Translations under genes and position numbers: made by a program
Part shown: positions 51,001-62,080 of the stretch, one piece after another
Layout: the number at the start of each line of letters is the position of its first letter
How positions within the stretch are numbered: the first letter of the stretch is position 1
The notes under the pieces: generated by a model
What the model saw: the letters and a program-made list of their open reading frames with translations, nothing else
What the model was told of the DNA's origin: nothing
Databases searched by the model: none
Source of the DNA: Macrostomum lignano
Taxonomy: Eukaryota
Length of the DNA stretch: 64,000 bases
Assembly (NCBI GenBank): GCA_002269645.1
Contig: NIVC01002494.1
Coordinates: forward strand, 1 to 64,000
Direction of reading: 5' to 3'

Positions 51001-54000
51001 AGTAACTATGACTGTCTTATTAAGTCAAAATGCCTCGTCAGCTACTTAGTACTAATACTAAGTAGTGGGCATTTTCGGGTGGGCATTTTTGCGACTTCCT
51101 TGGTTGGCCGCCAAATCGGTCGGCCGGATCGGCCGACTCGGCCGACTGTTGCACATGTATGTGCCCGAATGGCCCATCTTATTAGTGTCTGTGGCGCAGA
51201 ATAAGTGCTGGACTGAAGTAATAATACTAAACATGGAAACCAAAAAACATAAATTGTATTTGGATAAGTTTTCAACGATTTTGGTTCAGAAAACCTCCCC
51301 AAATGACAGCGTTTAAAAAGAGCGTTGCAAAACAATGAGCAGAGATAAAGGCTTGTTTATGCTAACAAGAAACTTATTGCCTGCAGATTAGCTAATAATC
51401 ATAAAGAGAAGCATAAGAAAAAATGGCCATAAAGCAATATGAAAGATGCGCGCCTGACAAAAACCTGAATATATAGGAAAGAGCAACTAGCCTAAAAAAC
51501 TGGCTTTTTATAACAAAGAAAGTGCGTGTTTAACAAAGAACTCGACTAAAAAAAATTATGCTATTCGTCAAATATACAACTGTTTGTTATGCTGCAAGAC
51601 TCGATAAGTTTTAGCAAGTGGGCCGTTGGTTCGATCGAGTCACCGCTGCATGCCTTCAGCACAGACAATGAGTGACGTGGATTATTAAAGCTGGTTGCAA
51701 CATTTGGTCCCAACTTGTGTTAAGCTGGCGCTCACCTGTTTGAGCAGGGCAGTCCGTCATCAAGCCAGCTGCAGGTTGCTCAGGTACGACTCCAGCCTGT
51801 TAATCTCATTTTTCAAAATTTCCTCTCGCTCGCGAAATCCCATGTAGCGACTCAGGGCCTCCTCCTCGGCTGCCGCGGCGGCAGCGGCCCCGGTGAACCG
51901 GCGGTGCTGCGGGCCCTGGCTGACGGAGCGCCGGCGGCCGCCACCTCCGCCCAGGTCCCCTGCGCCGGGCCAGTCTTGCTGAAGACTCCGGGCCAGGGAC
52001 TCCACTATCGAGTTGCCTGCGGGGCGGGGGAGGTGCAGACTGCTAGCAGTGCTGGGGCGCCATGTCAGGTGGATCGGGAGGAATCTGCAGGCTGCATCTG
52101 GCAGTGCTGGGGCGCCATGTCAGGTGGATCGGGAGGAATCTGCAGGCTGCATCTGGCAGTGCTGGGGCGCCATGTCAGGTGGATCGGGAGGAATCTGCAG
52201 GCTGCATCTGGCAGTGCTGGGGCGCCACGTCAGGTGGATCGGGAGGAATCTGCAGGCTGCATCTGGCAGTGCTGGGGCGCCATGTCAGGTGGATCGGGAG
52301 GAATCTGAAGGCTGCATCTGGCGGTGCTGGGGCGCCATGTCAGGTGGATCGGGAGGAATCTGCAGGCTGCATCTGGCAGTGCTGGGGCGCCATGTCAGGT
52401 GGATCGGGAGGAATCTGCAGGCTGCATCTGGCGGTGCTGGGGCGCCATGTCAGGTGGTTCAGGATCTGTTTACAGAACCAAAAAGACCAATATTGAACGA
52501 AAACACGCGTCAGAACTCAGGCTCAGGTGTGAGTCATGACGAGCTCCTCACCCTGCTTCATGGCTCCATCTCCATCCTCTGGCCCAGTTCTCTGCAGGTC
52601 TCCGGGCCGGCCCTTGCCCAGCCCGTAGCGCTGGTTCAGGAAGTACAGGCTGGTGTTGTCAGGCGTCCACTGCCCGACCTTCAGCCTGACGGCCACCTCC
52701 TTCTCGTTGTAGTCCTTGCGCAGCTTGTAGTCGGGAAAGTGCTGCTCAATGATGCGATTGCACTTGTCTACGCTGAGCTCGCTCGGCCCTTGATCTCGAA
52801 GATGCAGAATCGCATGGCCTGCGTGCCTCCGAGCTTTCTGGTGAGGATTTTGTTTTTAACGGCAAACACGCAGCTGGTGCGGTTGCAGGCGGCCTTGACG
52901 CGCGTGTCGCTGAACATTTTCAAGCTGGCGTCTGTGATCTGCAGCAGGTACTGCTTCTTGTAGCTTAGTCCGGCGTACATCTCTTGCAGTTGGTATTTGG
53001 ACTTTTGTGCAAAAATAAAATAACTACGCTCGTTAAGAGTAATCTTCCGAGTTCTTGTCTGTTGCTAAAATTGCTTATTTGACTTGAAATTTTCGATTAT
53101 TCTGCTAGCTTACGCGACTTTTACCATAGACAATACTCGATCTAGCTTTTATCTGTGAGTCAGCAAAACAAGTACGAGATGTCTTTTATCGATGTGTTTT
53201 AGACAAATTATAGTTAATAACGATTTAAGCTTGGTGATCAGAGGGGGTTTAGTGGAGCTCAAAAAGAAAGATTCAAGCTCGTACTATTAATATTCAGAAA
53301 GAAAAGAATGTGAAGCGGATTCCCTATGGTTTGTTAGTTGAAAAGGACTTCCACAGGCGAGGTTCTGGCTCTGTGGTTTAGGTTTAGCTGACGAAGAGTG
53401 CTGAGTAGGAAGTCAGTAACCGGTCCTGGCCTATTGCGGGCACACTGCTCTTTTCAGTACACGCGCATTTAGAAATATTAAGCTGCGAGTTAACTTGTCG
53501 CTGTGACATTGCCATCCCCTCTCCTCCCTAGGCTCCCCGCAGCGCACCCAGCACTCGGTATTTCGCGTCAACTGCATCGACTGTCTAGACCGCACCAATG
53601 TTGCCCAGTGCCTGCTGGCTAGGCGCGCCCTTGCCCGTCAGCTGGCCGATCTTGGCTATGCCGCTCTGTTTGCTAACAACGCTACTAGCAGTAATAGTAG
53701 CGAATCCAAAACCGATCCGGACGCGGAGTCTCTAGAATCGGTCATCAAGCTTGCCTGGTCGGACAATGCCGACGAATTGTCTTTGCAGTACGCCGGCACC
53801 GGCGCTTTGAAGGCAGATTTCACTCGGACTGGCCGGCGCACCAAATCCGGCGCCCTGCGCGACGCCTATTTTAGCGCAGTACGCTACGCCAGGAATAATT
53901 TCTACGACGGCTGGCGACAGGACGCTATAGATTTGTTGCTGGGCAATTACCTGCCGGAGCGAGGCGAGTTGAGTCCGTTTGCTCAGGGTCGCGATTGGAA

Positions 54001-55324
54001 AGTCTGGCTGTTGCCGTCAGTGCTGCTGTTTGGATTAACTATGCTCACTATGGGCGCTCTGCTGCCGCCAGGTGAGCTGTTAGTTGCTCTTCTATTAAGG
54101 CTCATTATAAACCTGAAGCGATTTGAGGGGTTGTCAGACCCGCTGATGGAATTTGAGGGGTTGTCAGACCCGCTGATGGAATTTGAGGGGTTGTCAGACC
54201 CGCTGATGGAATTTGAGGGGTTGTCAGACCCGCTGATGGAATTTGAGGGGTTGTCAGACCCGCTGATGGAATTTGAGGGGTTGTCAGACCCGCTGATGGA
54301 ATTTGAGGGGTTGTCAGACCCGCTGAGGGGATTTGAGGGGTTGTCAGACCCGCTGATGGGATTTGAGGGGTTGTCAGACCAGCTGATAGGATTTGAGGGG
54401 TTGTCAGACCCGCTGAGGGGATTTGAGGGGTTGTCAGACCAGCTGATAGGATTTGAGGGGTTGTCAGACCCGCTGATGGGATTTGGGGGTTTGTCAGACC
54501 CGCTGATGGGATTTGGGGGTTTGTCAGACCCGCTGATGGAATTCGAGAGGTTGTCAGACCCGCTGAGGGGATTTGAGGGGTTGTCAGACCCGCTGAGGGG
54601 ATTTGAGGGGTTGTTAAAGCCGCTGAGGGGATTTGAGGGGTTGTAAAACCCGCTGAGGGGATTTAAGGGGTTGTCAGACCCGCTGAGGGGATTTGAGGGG
54701 TTGTAAAAGCCGCTGAGGGGATTTGAGGGGTTGTCAGACCCTCTGATGGGATTTGAGGGATTGTCAGACCCGCTGAGGGGATTTGAGGGGTTGTCAGACC
54801 CTCTGATGGGATTTGAGGGATTGTCAGACCCGCTAAGGGGATTTGAGGGTTGTCAGACCCTCTGATGGGATTTGAGGGATTGTCAGACCCGCTGAGGGGA
54901 TTTAAGGGGTTGTCAGACCCGCTGACGTGGATTTGAGGGGTTGTCAGACCCGCTGATGGGGATTTGAGGGGTTGTCAGACCCGCTGACGGGGATTTGAGG
55001 GGTTGTCAGACCCGCTGATGGGGATTTGAGGGGTTGTCAGACCCGCTGACGGGGATTTGAGGGGTTGTCAGACCCGCTGACGGGGATTTGAGGGGTTGTT
55101 CAGACTCGCTGAGTGGGTTTGAGGATATCAGCCACATGGACACAGCAAAGCTAGCTTAATTCTTTAACGTTCCAGAGCACTGGTCGGAGCAGATGTTATT
55201 CTCGCTATTCTGGTGCACATCTGTGGTGTTGGCAATATTCGGCATTTTCTACTACGGCGAAGACTTCGTTGACCGGCCCCGATTGGGCCAGAAATTCAGT
55301 CGCCAAAAACGATCAACTGTTTGA
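45040..55324 (+). CDS. SACM1L: SAC1 phosphatidylinositol-4-phosphate phosphatase, 5' incomplete. Exons: 45040-45131, 46135-46655, 46970-47290, 48508-48763, 53532-54071, 55176-55324
   Basis: Phase-consistent GT-AG model. Motifs [51 protein letters not shown]...RWDRL, catalytic [44 protein letters not shown], two C-terminal TM segments and [11 protein letters not shown] short phase-2 first exon is expected but was not found. Confidence 0.95.
45186..45291 (+). ncRNA. Box C/D snoRNA copy 1 (28S guide), SAC1 intron
   Basis: Stem AATCAGTGC/GCGCTGATT; box C GTGATGT 45196-45202; guide TCCGTGTTTCA 45206-45216; D' CAGA 45218-45221; C' TGATTGA 45258-45264; D CTGA 45279-45282. Confidence 0.85.
45343..45448 (+). 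ncRNA. Box C/D snoRNA copy 2 (28S guide)
   Basis: Box C ATGATGT 45354-45360; ATCCGTGTTTCA 45365-45376; D' CCGA 45378-45381; D CTGA 45430-45433; external stem AGCAGTG/CGCTGCT. Confidence 0.8.
45465..46035. repeat. 42-bp minisatellite in SAC1 intron
   Basis: Unit TCCCGAGTTCCTTATCTCACTCTCGATAATCCCGATCTCTAA, about 13 copies. Confidence 0.95.
47345..47434 (+). ncRNA. Box C/D snoRNA copy 3 (28S guide)
   Basis: Stem GGTGC/GCACC; box C ATGATGT 47354-47360; ATCCGTGTTTCA 47365-47376; D' CCGA 47378-47381; C' ATGATTGA 47406-47413; D CTGA 47426-47429. Confidence 0.87.
47515..48228. repeat. 35-bp minisatellite in SAC1 intron
   Basis: Unit TCCCAATCATGAGTCCCAAATACCGATTCCAAGAA, about 19 copies, lying between snoRNA copies 3 and 4. 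Confidence 0.95.
48347..48439 (+). ncRNA. Box C/D snoRNA copy 4 (28S guide)
   Basis: Stem CAGTCTTCCA/TGGAGGCTG; box C ATGATGT 48357-48363; ATCCGTGTTTCA 48366-48377; D' CTGA 48379-48382; D CTGA 48427-48430. Confidence 0.83.
48883..50710. repeat. 27-bp minisatellite in SAC1 intron, about 68 copies
   Basis: Unit AATCCCACACCCCATCTCAATTCCAAG; source of the 667-aa and 611-aa pseudo-ORFs. Confidence 0.97.
50987..51050 (+). other. Degenerate 64-nt fragment of 28S rRNA (helix 69 / R2 target region)
   Basis: GGGTAAACGGCAAGAGTAACTATGACTGTCTTATTAAGTCAAAATGCCTCGTCAGCTACTTAGT aligns without gaps to the eukaryotic LSU consensus GGGTAAACGGCGGGAGTAACTATGACTCTCTTAAGGTAGCCAAATGCCTCGTCATCTAATTAGT, 52 of 64 identical. 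No flanking rRNA similarity seen. Confidence 0.85.
51760..53152 (-). CDS. Nested antisense gene of unknown function, about 250 aa. Exons 53152-53114, 53001-52552 (one +1 correction near 52787), 52016-51760
   Basis: Canonical GT-AG junctions (CAG/GTAAGC, AAG/GTGAGG, CGCAG) that are phase-consistent once one C is restored in CCC 52787-52789. Host-like GC3-rich codons. Reads [24 protein letters not shown]...[31 protein letters not shown]...[21 protein letters not shown]. The start could be the ATG at 52980 or lie upstream. Confidence 0.72.
52044..52458. repeat. 55-bp minisatellite in the nested gene intron
   Basis: Unit GAATCTGCAGGCTGCATCTGGCAGTGCTGGGGCGCCATGTCAGGTGGATCGGGAG, about 7.5 copies. 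Confidence 0.95.
54118..55105. repeat. 30-bp minisatellite in the last SAC1 intron
   Basis: Unit ATTTGAGGGGTTGTCAGACCCGCTGATGGA and variants ([10 protein letters not shown] pseudo-ORF). Confidence 0.95.
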
Positions 55325-55689
55325 TGCCTTTTTCTCTATTCGTTATTTAAATGTTCTGGTGCTGGCAATTGCTATTCTCACAGGTCCGTATCATCAGTGC
55401 CCTCATTCCTGTTCCTACTGTGTTGTAAATTGTGCTAATGTATTGTATATTTCGAACAAATAAATAAAATGCAAATTTAAACTCAAATTCTGATTTGTTT
55501 TTGCCTGCGATACCCATCTGCACTATCATGAGTCTTGAAGAATTCATTTTTTATTTTAACTGTGTATTTACGGTGTTTTTCAAATTTAATTTAAGCTGGG
55601 GGCCAACTAAGGCGTGCTAACAAGACATGCATTTATCTTTTGTGACAAAAATTTACTAAGTTGATTATCTTGATTCCGGACGGTCATGC

Positions 55690-55890
55690 AGATAACCATC
55701 CTTGAGGATCATACAGATGACCATCCTTGAGGATCATACAGATGACCATCCTTGAGGATCATACAGATGACCATCCTTGAGGATCATACAGATGACCATC
55801 CTTGAGGATCATACAGATGACCATCCTTGAGGCTCATACAGATGACCATCTTTGAGCATCATACAGATAACCATCCTTGACGATCATACG
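55690..55890. repeat. 25-bp tandem repeat between SAC1 and Twist 3' ends
   Basis: Unit GATGACCATCCTTGAGGATCATACA, about 8 copies. Confidence 0.92.
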
Positions 55891-56149
55891 CTCTAGACGG
55901 TCATAATATGTACGTTCACAGTGAGTGGGTCAACACTACGACTTTCGACTATGTATTATAGATGAAACGTAACTGGTGTCACTAAGGTCAGCTAAATCCA
56001 GTAATATTAGAGTCTTTGGGGGGTTATATTCTTGGGGTTGAACTCAATAGCAATGGCAAAATTTACACTGAATGAGAGCAAAATTTGGTCACATGATCAG
56101 TCACATGCCTACCCCAGTAGCAATAACCCGTGTGAGAGCTGAAGATTCC

Positions 56150-58219
56150 CTACTTGAGCAGTCCAGTCGACTTCCAGGCGTCTTCCATTCGCCAGACTCC
56201 GAATGCGTAGCCCAACCGGTCGCCGCCGCCGGCTCCGCTGGCCGCTGCAGCGGCCGCCGCGGCGGCGGCAGCCGCAGCCGTGGCAGCTGACATCGGGCCG
56301 CAGCAGTCCATAGCCGATGCTGCAGTCGTCGGTCCGCTGAAGAAGCCCGGCTGGTGCTGATGATGATGAGCAGCTGCTGACAGATGATGGAACTGCTGAT
56401 GGTAGTGATACGGGTGCTGGTACTGCTGGTCGTCCGCGTCCTCGCCGCAGCGCAGCACAGTGGACAAGAAGTCGATGTAGCGAGTGGCCAGTCGGAGAGT
56501 CTGGATTTTCGACAGTTTATCGGACGGCAGAGTCGGTATAATGCGCCTGAGCTCCTCGTACGCTCTGCGGGTTGGGGGAGAAAGTGTAGCAGATTTTGTG
56601 CTAGATTTGTCAATCGTTAAAATACGATAATCATAAGATCCTGCAGGATGTTGTAGGATTATAAAATATCTTGCAGGATCTTGTAGGATTATCAAATATC
56701 TTGCAGGATATTGTAGGATTATCAAATATCTTGCAGGATATTGTAGGATTATCAAATATCTTGCAGGATATTGTAGGATTATCAAATATCTTGCAGGATC
56801 TTGTAGGTAGGATTATCAAATATCTTGCAGGATATTATAGGATTATCAAATATCTTGCAGGATATTATAGGATTATCAAATATCTTGCAGGATATTGTAA
56901 GATTATCAAATATCTTGCAGGATCTTGTAGGATTATCACATATCTTGCAGGATCTTGTAGGATTATCACATATCTTGTAGGATTATCAAATATCTTGCAG
57001 GATATTGTAGGATTATCACATATCTTGCAGGATCTTGTAGGATTATCACATATCTTGTAGGATTATTTATCAAATATCTTGCAGGATATTGTAGGATTAT
57101 CAAATATCTTGCAGGATATTGTAGGATTATCAAATATCTTGCAGGATATTGTAGGATTATCAAATATCTTGCAGGATATTGTAGGATTATCAAATATCTT
57201 GCAGGATATTGTAGGATTATCAAATATCTTGCAGGATTTTGTAGGATTATCAAATATCGTTCTCGGGGCTCCTGTGGCCACCAGTTTGCAAACAGCCGAT
57301 CGGCCGATGCAGGACGCGGGGTTGAAATGAACTCACTTGTTCAAGGACTGTGTCCTCTGCCGCTCCCGCACATTGGCCATCATCCTCGCGGAGCTGCCGC
57401 TGTCATCGTAGGCGTCAGACGCTGCCGAGTGCGACGCGGCGTCTGAGCAGCCGCTCCGCTTTCTTTTTCGGCTGCTGGAGGCGGCGTTGCCAGAGCCTCT
57501 GGCTTCCAGCTTCACGCACAAGCTTGAATCGGTTCCAGGCTCGGCTGTTGCCGGCATCAGGCCACGACTGTGTCGCTGGTTTGACTCCGTCTGGGCAAAT
57601 TGGATTTGTGTAGAGCGAATGTCTTTGTGCAGGTATATGAAGTTGGCTGAGATTCTGAGGTGCGGGTCTCTTGGGTTGGCTGAGATTCTGAGGTGCGGGT
57701 CTCTTGGGTTGGCTGAGATTCTGAGGTGCGGGTCTCTTGGGTTGGGTGAGATTCTGAGGTGAGGGTCTGTTGGGTTGGCTGAGATTCTGAGGTGAGGGTC
57801 TGTTGGGTTGGGTGAGATTCTGAGGTGAGGGTCTGTTGGGTTGGGTGAGATTCTGAGGTGCGGGTCTCTTGGGTTGGGTGAGATTCTGAGGTGAGGGTCT
57901 GTTGGGTTGGCTGAGATTCTGAGGTGAGGGTCTGTTGGGTTGGCTGAGATTCTGAGGTGCGGGTCTCTTGGGTTGGGTGAGATTCTGAGGTGAGGGTCTG
58001 TTGGGTTGGGTGAGATTCTGAGGTGAGGGTCTCTTGGTTTGGGTGAGATTCTGAGGTGCGGGTCTCTTGGGTTGGGTGAGATTCTGAGGTGAGGGTCTCT
58101 TAGATTGGGTGAGATTCTCCTGGCTGACTGTGTGAGTTGCAGCAGTCGCCATTGGGACTCACCCCGCTCACACTCAGTCCAAGGCTGCCGCTATCGCCGC
58201 GGTTGCAGACAAGATCCAT
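56150..58219 (-). CDS. twist: Twist bHLH transcription factor, about 241 aa. Exons 58219-58163, 57590-57337, 56564-56150
   Basis: b[53 protein letters not shown] and C-terminal WR motif [16 protein letters not shown]. Donors GTGAGT, acceptors CCCAG and CGCAG, phases 0 and 2 consistent. Exon 1 ([19 protein letters not shown]) rests on splice signals only. Confidence 0.93.
56620..57258. repeat. 30-bp minisatellite in Twist intron 2
   Basis: Unit CAGGATATTGTAGGATTATCAAATATCTTG. Confidence 0.95.
57645..58108. repeat. 33-bp minisatellite in Twist intron 1
   Basis: Unit GAGATTCTGAGGTGAGGGTCTGTTGGGTTGGGT and variants, about 14 copies. Confidence 0.94.
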
Positions 58220-58934
58220 CAGCCGAAATTTTCTTCTTCACAGCAGCTTCTCCCTCGGATCACTTGGCGCCTCTGCGTGACCTCCCGGACTAAAAGCGGT
58301 GGCTGCTGCTGCTGTAGTAAAAACGATTGATGCGCTGGCTTCCTTGGAAAAAAGCTTCAGGCGTTAGCCGGGCCGCGCGCGCTAATTCTCGGGGTCTCCA
58401 GGAAACAGATGCTTGGGCAGCTGTTTGCCATTTTTAAGACTTGCGTGTCAGCCGCTAACCCCCCCCCCCTTCCCAGAAGCGCCGCGGGTGCCCCGCTGTC
58501 GCCAGACTGTCTGGCGGAGGTTCCACCGCCGGGGCCTCCCTCTGTGTCGTCGGCCAACCCCCGGCGGGGGCCATTCTAAGAAATCGAGAGTATGGGGTGA
58601 TGGGGAGATTCTCCCCCGTGACGCCCAACCCCAACCTCCCCGCCGGGGTGGGCAGAGGCGGGAAGAGGAGAAATGCGTTAACGAAAAATGATGCCCGAAT
58701 GTGGCTCGGGAAATATCAGGCTACCCATATGCTACCTGGGGAGGGCTTGCATAGCATCTGCATTGACTTTTTGCACAAGCCTGTCTTGAATTCTGTAATC
58801 ACTTTGACTGTCCACGCGTTTGGTGTCTGCGGGTTTGCTGTTAGCCTGCCTGAAATTGGCCAGCGGCAGATTGCGGAACCGGCTCTTTCAAAGTCTATTA
58901 GGAGAGTACTAGCAATTGCCGAGCAGCAGCTGTG

Positions 58935-60122
58935 ACACAAGAGTGAATTTATCAACGGTAGGTGCAACTAAAGCTGTTTCACAAGAGTGACGATTTAAAC
59001 TAGATGTGTGACACAAGAGTAAAGTCATGAACTACATGTTTGACACAAGAGTAAAGTCATAAACTAGAAATGTGACACAAGAGTGAAGTCATAAACTAGA
59101 AATGTGACACAAGAGTGAAGTCATAAACTAGATGTGAGACACAAGAGTGAAGTCATAAACTAGATGTGAGACACAAGAGTGAAGTCATAAACTAGATGTG
59201 AGACACAAGAGTGAAGTCATTAACTAGATGTGTGACACAAGAGTGAAGTCATAAACTAGATGTGTGACACAAGAGTGAAGTCATGAACTACATGTTTAAC
59301 ACAAGAGTGAAGTCATGAACTAGAAATGTGACACAAGAGTGAAGTCATAAACTAGAAATGGGACACAAGAGTGAAGTCATAAACTAGATGTGAGACACAA
59401 GAGTGAAGTCATAAACTAGATGTGAGACACAAGAGCAAAGTCATAAACTAGATGTGTGACACAAGAGTGAAGTCATAAACTAGATGTGAGACACAAGAGT
59501 GAAGTCATAAACTAGATGTGAGACACAAGAGTGAAGTCATAAACTAGATGTGAGACACAAGAGTGAAGGCATAAACTAGATGTGAGACACAAGAGTGAAG
59601 TCATAAACTAGATGTGAGACACAAGAGTGAAGTCATAAACTAGATGTGAGACACAAGAGTGAAGTCATAAACTAGAAATGTGACACAAGACTAGAGTGAA
59701 GTCATAAACTAGATGTTTGACACAAGAGTGAAGGCATAAACTAGATGTGAGACACAAGAGTGAAGTCATAAACTAGATGTGAGACACAAGAGTGAAGTCA
59801 TAAACTAGATGTGAGACACAAGAGTGAAGTCATAAACTAGATGTGAGACACAAGAGTGAAGTCATAAACTAGATGTGAGACACAAGAGTGAAGTCATAAA
59901 CTAGATGTGTGACACAAGAGTGAAGTCATAAACTAGATGTGAGACACAAGAGTGAAGTCATAAACTAGATGTGAGACACAAGAGTGAAGTCATGAACTAG
60001 ATGTGAGACATAAGAGTGAAGTCATAAACTAGATGTGAGACACAAGAGTGAAGTCATAAACTAGATGTGTGACACAAGAGTGAAGTCATAAACTAGATGT
60101 GAGACACAAGAGTGAAGTCATA
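58935..60122. repeat. 32-bp minisatellite upstream of Twist
   Basis: Unit GACACAAGAGTGAAGTCATAAACTAGATGTGA, about 37 copies. Confidence 0.96.
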
Positions 60123-61126
60123 CACTAAAGGCATCTTATAGTGAGTTTTGTTGGATTGTATTGTAGAATTCAACTCATCGCCCCCAAAACAGTTTTGTTA
60201 TAAACACAGCAAACTACCGGTAAAAAAGGCTCCAATTACGACAGGCCGCACCGGTGGGTGGTCCGGCCCGTCATCAATTCCGCGTCTTCTACGGCGCTAG
60301 AAAATAAAAGCAAAAACATGACAGACAATTGAAGGCCGCGGCTTGCATTCCCAGCCCACCCACCCCCTTTTCTTTTCAAACTGATTCGCGAATAAACAAA
60401 CACCGGCTGGAATTCGGGAGACAGACAGATTTTCTTTGACTCGATGGTCATTTTTCCCTTTGTCCACTGGCAGCAAAAAGCCAAGCCTAGGAGGCCGGAT
60501 CGAGGCTGTTTGCTAGTTAGTTAGCGCCTGATCAAGTGTCAGGTCTTCAAGCCTTCCCGTTGCACCTCCTGCCCCAATGTCGATGCACGAATTTCAATTG
60601 CCTTAACTTTTTAGTTCCGTCCGTTCAAGAGCGCGCGGGGGGACAAAGGCTGACTTGGCTTTTTTCATCAATGGAGTCAATTGGACACCCTTGACCCGGA
60701 CACTCTGTGGGCGGTCCGTCCGGCAGAGGATGATGCAACGGAAAGGCGATCAGATCTTTCATAGCGGATTCTCTTGTCAGCTTCTGAATAATTCATATTT
60801 TGCTGGAGGGCAATCGGTTTCATTCTCCCCCCCCCCCGTGTTTTCAGACACCCCGCATGGCAACTTGACGTGAACTGTTGCCACAGCTGGAGCCGCGAGC
60901 AGGGAAAACACGGGGCGGGAATCAAGGAGATTTAATGGATCATTTTGCAGCCTAAGCTACACCGAAATCCCAGCTGTTTCCTGATGCAACGAAGAGCTGA
61001 CGATTAAAAGAAGCCCGCCCCGTACGGACACATGTCGGTATCGCGAATGTAGATTTTTATGGCTAAAAAACGACAAATTTCGATGGGCAACACGCCGAAT
61101 GGCAGTAGTCTGTGTTGGTTGTTCTA

Positions 61127-61495
61127 GGGGGGCCGTAGCCCAGCGGTAGCGCAGCTGCTCTGGTGTGCCAGCGACCCAGGCTCGATTCCAAGTGCAGTCA
61201 CATTAATTTGGGGCTGAATTGGAATCTCGGCTTGGCTCTGCTCGTGCAATTAACGGCCTTGAGAGCCACCCCCCAAGGCGCAGTGAAGTGTACATGCCTA
61301 ACGATAATATAAAGTTAGGGCCGCTGTACACTCCTGTGTGAGTGTGTGCCTGCGTACGTATCCGCGCGCTTGTATGCCTGCTCAGGGGAGTCGGCGGAAT
61401 GGGCAGTAATGCCTCTCGCCGGTTGTGTGCCTATGTCGCTTAAAGTGCGCCAGGGTGCACACAACCCCCCTGCCTCTAATAAAAAGTTGGTTGTT
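61127..61495 (+). mobile_element. tRNA-derived SINE-like element
   Basis: Pol III A box TAGCCCAGCGG (61136-61146) and B-box-like GGCTCGATTCC (61179-61189) at tRNA spacing, no intact acceptor stem, followed by a ~300-nt body ending in AATAAAAA. 3' boundary uncertain. Confidence 0.55.
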
Positions 61496-61674
61496 CTGGT
61501 TGAGAAAAATTTACACACTTCTAACCAAGGTGTCTCAGTAGGTTTAATAATTTGTTTATTTAAATCCACACCAGACAACTCGCATTGAAACTTCGGGTGC
61601 ATGAAAGTGCGTAACAGCTGAGGCAACAATAGGTGCAGAGAAACTCTTCAGCAGTCAAAATACTTCAGCGACTG

Positions 61675-62080
61675 ACCTTCAGCAATCAATAATCTTCATC
61701 AATCGATAATCTTCACCAATCGATAATCTTCACCAATCAATAATCTTCACCAATCGATAATCTTCACCAATCAATAATCTTCTCCAATCGATAATCTTCA
61801 CCAATCAATAATCTTCACCAATCAATAATCTTCACCAATCAATAATCTTCACCAATCAATAATCTTCACCAATCAATAATCTTCATCAATCAATAATCTT
61901 CACCAATCAATAATCTTCACCAATCAATAATCTTCATCAATCAATAATCTTCAGCAATCGATAATCTTCACCAATCAATAATCTTCAGCAATCAATAATC
62001 TTCACCAATCAATAATCTTCAGCAATCAATAATCTTCACCAATCAATAATCTTCACCAATCAATAATCTTGATCAATCAA
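61675..62080. repeat. 17-bp minisatellite
   Basis: Unit CCAATCAATAATCTTCA, about 23 copies. Confidence 0.94.

Noticed and set aside
51615-51645. GGTTCGATC B-box-like motif
   Set aside because: No A box or cloverleaf; lies just downstream of the nested gene on the other strand.
54072-54646. [10 protein letters not shown] repeat extension of SAC1
   Set aside because: Intron read-through; the conserved second TM helix and DFVDxPRL tail are in the exon at 55176.
61131-61200. Functional tRNA gene
   Set aside because: A and B boxes are present but the acceptor and anticodon stems do not close and the B box is mutated; treated as a SINE head.
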